From contig JBGAGQ010000042.1 in assembly GCA_044226625.1 (NCBI GenBank), positions 1 through 53,439 on the forward strand: a stretch of 53,439 nucleotides of DNA, written 5' to 3'. Numbering within the stretch: position 1 is the first letter of the stretch; each line of letters begins with the position of its first letter. The DNA is from Thermoanaerobaculia bacterium (GTDB taxonomy: Bacteria; Acidobacteriota; Thermoanaerobaculia; Multivoradales; UBA5704). The notes under the pieces are model-generated. The model was not told where the DNA came from. It made no database searches and worked only from the letters and a program-made list of their open reading frames with translations. The position numbers and the translations under genes were made by a program. Below are positions 49,806-53,439 of this stretch, piece after piece.

Positions 49806-50233
49806 TCCTTCCTGATCTCAACCTGCTCATCTTCGCTTACAACAAGCAAGCACCGGGACACTTGAAGGCCAAGGCCTGGTGGGAGGCTTGCCTGTCCGAG
49901 GAATCTCGGCCGGTTGCGCTGCCGTGGGTCGTGCTACTCGGCTTCCTTCGGATCATGACGAGCCGTCGAGTGCTTCTGGCGCCGATGACTCCCACCGAGG
50001 CTCTCGGCCACATCCGTTCCTGGCTAGACCGGCCGCAGACTACGATCTTGCATCCTGGCAGCCGCCACCTTGGCATCCTTGAAAGCTTGCTGGGCCACGC
50101 GGGAACGGCGGGAAATCTGACGACCGATGCCCACCTCGCCGCTCTAGCCATCGAAAATGGAGCCGAACTCTTTTCGAATGACTCCGATTTCTCAAGTTTT
50201 CCCGGCCTACGGTGGACCGACCCGACAAGCTGA
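49802..50233 (+). CDS. vapC: VapC PIN toxin
   Basis: MILPDLNLLIFA, GFLRIMT, NLTTDAHLAALAIE, SNDSDF. Confidence 0.93.
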   Translation: MILPDLNLLIFAYNKQAPGHLKAKAWWEACLSEESRPVALPWVVLLGFLRIMTSRRVLLAPMTPTEALGHIRSWLDRPQTTILHPGSRHLGILESLLGHAGTAGNLTTDAHLAALAIENGAELFSNDSDFSSFPGLRWTDPTS

Positions 50234-50267
50234 GCGGAATTGAACGATTAGAGCGATGGAATCCGGC

Positions 50268-52082
50268 CTACGCTGGTTCCAAGTGCCCCCGCCCGGAATC
50301 CCCCATCTCGACCTTGCCGTCGGGGAAGTACTCCCGCCAGCGGTGTGTGACGGTCGAGGCGGTCGCCTCGTCGGCGAAAAGCTCCTTCGGATACCAAGGC
50401 TTCATCCGGGCGTCGATGGTAACCGGCGGTTTGTACGAGAGGTGATGCCGGACGACGTCGGTCGAGGCGGCGTGGAGGTCGGCCGCGGGCTCGAAGCGGG
50501 TGAAGGTGGTCCAGAGGAAGTTCATCGCGCTTGCCGCCGCCCGGCGGGCCTCGTCGGTGAGGACCACGAGGGGCCATTCGGCAAACGCCGGGTGGGCGGC
50601 GAAACGGGCCGCGGCACCGGGCTCGGAGTGGTAGGACGGCGCGCCGACCACGAGACAGCCGGGGCAGTAGACGAGGACCTCGCCGCAGCCGATCGGCAGG
50701 TCGGCGGCGCGGAACTCGCGCGGCAGATCGCGCACCGGGTCGCCGAGCCCGAGCCAAACGCCTTTCGAGCCCTCGTTCACCTTCGGTCCGGAATAGTCGA
50801 GCGTGTCCATCGAGAGGTTCGAGAAGACGTAGAGGTCGGTCTCCGGTCGAGTTCGCTCGAGCAGGTGGACGAGCGTCGCGCGGAAGTCCTTGAGGTCGAC
50901 GGGCCGGTCGACGACGAGCAGGAACTTGGTGAGCGAGAGCTGCCCTTCGCCCAGGATGCGGAACGCCGAGGCCATCGCTTCGCGCCGGTAACGCTCGCGG
51001 ACCACGGCTCCGGCGAGCGAGTGGTAGCCGGTCTCGCCGTACGACCAGAGGTCGAGCACGCCGGGCATCACGAGCGGGAAGAGCGGCGAGAGAAGCTCCT
51101 GCAGGAGATCGCCGAGGAAGAAGTCTTCCTGGCGTGGCTTGCCGACGACGGTCGCGGGGTAGATCGCGTCTTTCCGGTGGGCGATCTTCTCCACCTCGAA
51201 GACCGGGTAGTCGTGCTGGAGCGAGTAGTAGCCGTAGTGGTCGCCGAACGGCCCCTCCGGCCGGCGCACCCGCGGCGGCACCTTGCCGATCAAGGCGAAT
51301 TCCGCTTCGGCGATCAGCGGATGGGGGCCGATTCCCGGCACCCGGTCGAGCCGGCGACCGGCGATCAGGGAGGCGAGCATCAGCTCGGGAACGTTCTCCG
51401 GGAGCGGCGCGATCGCGGAGAGGATCAACGCGGGCGGGCCGCCGAGGAAGACGGTCACCGGGAGCGCCTCGCCTCGCGCCTCGGCGACGGCGTAGTGGAA
51501 ACCGCCACCCTTGCCGATCTGCCAGTGCATCCCGGTCGTCCGCGCGTCGTGGACGTGGAGCCGGTACATCCCGAGGTTGTGGCCATGGCCGTCCGGATGT
51601 TCGGTGTAGACGAGCGGCAAGGTGACGAACGGGCCGCCGTCCTCCGGCCAGGTGGTGAGGACGGGGAGGCGGTCGAGCCGGACGCCGTTCGACACGACCT
51701 CCGTCACGGGCCCCGAGCGGCGCGCCTTCAAGCCGATCCGCAGCGCCTCCCCGGCTACGTCCCGGGCGCCCCAGAGCTTCGCGGGGGTTGGGGGAAGGAT
51801 CTCCTGCGCGAGCGAAACCAGACGCCGAATCAGCCGGAACGGGCGCTCGCCGAACGCCAGCTCGGCCCGTTGCGGCGTCCCGAACAGGTTCGTGACCAGA
51901 GGAAAGTCCGCTCCCCGAACGTTCGTAAACAGGAGCGCCGGACCGCCCGCCGCGATCGCACGGCGATGGATCTCCGGTACCTCCAGGCGCGCATCGACCT
52001 GCGCTTCGACCACGGCGAGATCGCCGTTCCGACGCAGCTGGTCGAGGAAATCGCGGAGGTTGGGAAAACCGGAGTCGTTCAC
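50268..52082 (-). CDS. UbiD-family prFMN-dependent decarboxylase
   Basis: Probable GTG start at 52082 (NDSGFPNLRDFL); GPALLF, WPEDGG, NLGMYR, EGPFGDHYGYY, GKPRQED. Confidence 0.9.
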   Translation of the reverse strand: MNDSGFPNLRDFLDQLRRNGDLAVVEAQVDARLEVPEIHRRAIAAGGPALLFTNVRGADFPLVTNLFGTPQRAELAFGERPFRLIRRLVSLAQEILPPTPAKLWGARDVAGEALRIGLKARRSGPVTEVVSNGVRLDRLPVLTTWPEDGGPFVTLPLVYTEHPDGHGHNLGMYRLHVHDARTTGMHWQIGKGGGFHYAVAEARGEALPVTVFLGGPPALILSAIAPLPENVPELMLASLIAGRRLDRVPGIGPHPLIAEAEFALIGKVPPRVRRPEGPFGDHYGYYSLQHDYPVFEVEKIAHRKDAIYPATVVGKPRQEDFFLGDLLQELLSPLFPLVMPGVLDLWSYGETGYHSLAGAVVRERYRREAMASAFRILGEGQLSLTKFLLVVDRPVDLKDFRATLVHLLERTRPETDLYVFSNLSMDTLDYSGPKVNEGSKGVWLGLGDPVRDLPREFRAADLPIGCGEVLVYCPGCLVVGAPSYHSEPGAAARFAAHPAFAEWPLVVLTDEARRAAASAMNFLWTTFTRFEPAADLHAASTDVVRHHLSYKPPVTIDARMKPWYPKELFADEATASTVTHRWREYFPDGKVEMGDSGRGHLEPA

Positions 52083-52118
52083 GGCCGCGGAGTCTATCCG
52101 GCGAGCGAAGGTCCCCAC

Positions 52119-52168
52119 CAATCGGTCGCAATCGGTCGCAATCGGTCGCGATCGGTCGCGATCGGTCG
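52119..52168. repeat. 10-bp tandem repeat x5 in a divergent intergenic region
   Basis: CAATCGGTCG x3 then CGATCGGTCG x2. Confidence 0.92.
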
Positions 52169-52318
52169 AAGCCATCGGCGGGCAACCTCCGGCTTCCCGC
52201 CGCGTAAGTGTAGGTCGCGATACAGTTCTCACTCAGAACATCTCCCGTTTCGACCGCCGAGCCCGATTTCGCACCCGACCGCCAACCTTCTCCCTCCAAG
52301 GGATCGAGGATGATCGCG

Positions 52319-53439
52319 ATGATTCCAGCGACCCCGACCGCTCCGCCCCCGTCCCGTCGCCGCGTGCGAGGGCACCTTCGCCGAGTGCTCCTGATCGTCG
52401 CCGGGACGCTGGGCATCGTGCTGCTTCTCGCGATCGCCTTCGGCCTCTGGTTCTGGATCCAGATGACCGCGAGCTTGCCGCAGCTCGACGGACGGGCGAG
52501 CGTGCCAGGGCTTTCGGCGTCGGTGGAGGTCGAGCGTGACGCGCTCGGCGTTCCTACGGTCCGGGCCGCGAATCGCACCGACGTCGCGCGGGGCCTTGGA
52601 TTCCTGCATGCCCAAGATCGCCTCTTCCAAATGGATCTGATGCGCCGCCAGGGGGCGGGCGAGCTCTCCGAGCTATTCGGCCCGGCGGCGATCGAGATTG
52701 ACAAACAGCACCGCCTGCACCGCTTCCGGAGTCGCGCCGAAAGCCGCTTGAAGAGCCTTCCGGCCGACCAGCGCCAGATCCTCGAAGCGTACGCCCAAGG
52801 GGTGAACGCCGGCCTGCAAAGCCTCGGTGCGCGGCCGCCCGAATATCTCGCGATTCAACAGAAGCCGGCGCCGTGGAAGCCGGAAGACTCGCTGCTCGTG
52901 ATCTACGCGATGTTCTTCGAGCTCAACGACGCGAAGGACCGGCGCGATTCCGACCGCGGGCTGATGCGCGATCTGCTGCCGCCCCAGATGGTCGCCTATC
53001 TCACCGCCAACGGCACCGAGTGGGATGCGCCGATCGAAGGGGAGGCGATCCTGCCGCCGCCGATGCCCGGTCCCGAGGTCTTCGACCTCTCCCACGAAGC
53101 GCCGCCCCCCGCGGCGAAGGCCGCCTCCTTCAATCCGCCCGTCGCCCCTCCCTTCGGCGAGCTTTCCGCGGCTGATCGCCAGGCCGTCGGCAGCAACAAC
53201 TGGGCGCTCGCCGGTGCCCACACCGCGGACGGGCGCGGCCTGCTCGCCAACGACATGCACCTCGGGATCTCGGTGCCGAACACCTGGTACCGCGCTTCGC
53301 TGATCTGGAACGATGCCTCCGGCGCCGGGCGAAAGACGACAGGGGTCACTCTGCCCGGTACGCCGATGGTCGCGGTCGGCTCGAACGGCCACGTCGCGTG
53401 GGGTTTCACCAACAGCTATGGCGATTGGACCGATCTGGT
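52319..53439 (+). CDS. Penicillin acylase family (Ntn-hydrolase), 3' end beyond the window
   Basis: Absent from the ORF track because no stop lies in the window; translation gives a TM anchor, ERDALGVP, GFLHAQDRLFQMDLMRR, GSNNW, LLANDMHL; alternative ATG at 52310. Confidence 0.92.
   Translation, partial: MIPATPTAPPPSRRRVRGHLRRVLLIVAGTLGIVLLLAIAFGLWFWIQMTASLPQLDGRASVPGLSASVEVERDALGVPTVRAANRTDVARGLGFLHAQDRLFQMDLMRRQGAGELSELFGPAAIEIDKQHRLHRFRSRAESRLKSLPADQRQILEAYAQGVNAGLQSLGARPPEYLAIQQKPAPWKPEDSLLVIYAMFFELNDAKDRRDSDRGLMRDLLPPQMVAYLTANGTEWDAPIEGEAILPPPMPGPEVFDLSHEAPPPAAKAASFNPPVAPPFGELSAADRQAVGSNNWALAGAHTADGRGLLANDMHLGISVPNTWYRASLIWNDASGAGRKTTGVTLPGTPMVAVGSNGHVAWGFTNSYGDWTDL

Noticed and set aside
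52319-53439. Acylase as a quorum-quenching partner of the peptide system
   Set aside because: 25 kb away; such acylases act on acyl-amides such as AHLs rather than prenyl-peptides, and the substrate cannot be inferred from sequence.

Overview
GC-rich bacterial chromosomal window with no rRNA, CRISPR array, integrase or transposase. It is probably Acidobacteriota, inferred from the rplM-rpsI-rpsB-tsf-pyrH-frr order and a GAAC-N7-GAAC LexA box at recA. Housekeeping blocks: tRNA-Thr/Tyr, rlmB, the translation operon, recA/recX, pilT, ilvE, rsmE, prmA, PBP1b, hemN/hemG, patA and a UbiD-family gene. Accessory content: four type II toxin-antitoxin pairs, a starch/maltodextrin utilisation locus with an uncharacterised outer-membrane protein, a low-GC Mrr-like nuclease islet, a frameshifted caspase-like gene and several tandem repeats. 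The main finding is at 21056-27116, a candidate ComQXP-like prenylated-peptide (RiPP/quorum-sensing) system in an apparently diderm, non-Firmicute host. It comprises a 61-aa Trp-containing precursor with its own RBS and terminator, a ComQ-like isoprenyl transferase lacking chain-elongation motifs, and a translationally coupled ~10-TM ComP-like sensor on a GAF-PAS-HisKA-HATPase-REC hybrid kinase. A REC-EAL c-di-GMP phosphodiesterase lies upstream where a ComA-type regulator would be expected. All calls come from reading motifs by eye; no database searches were run.
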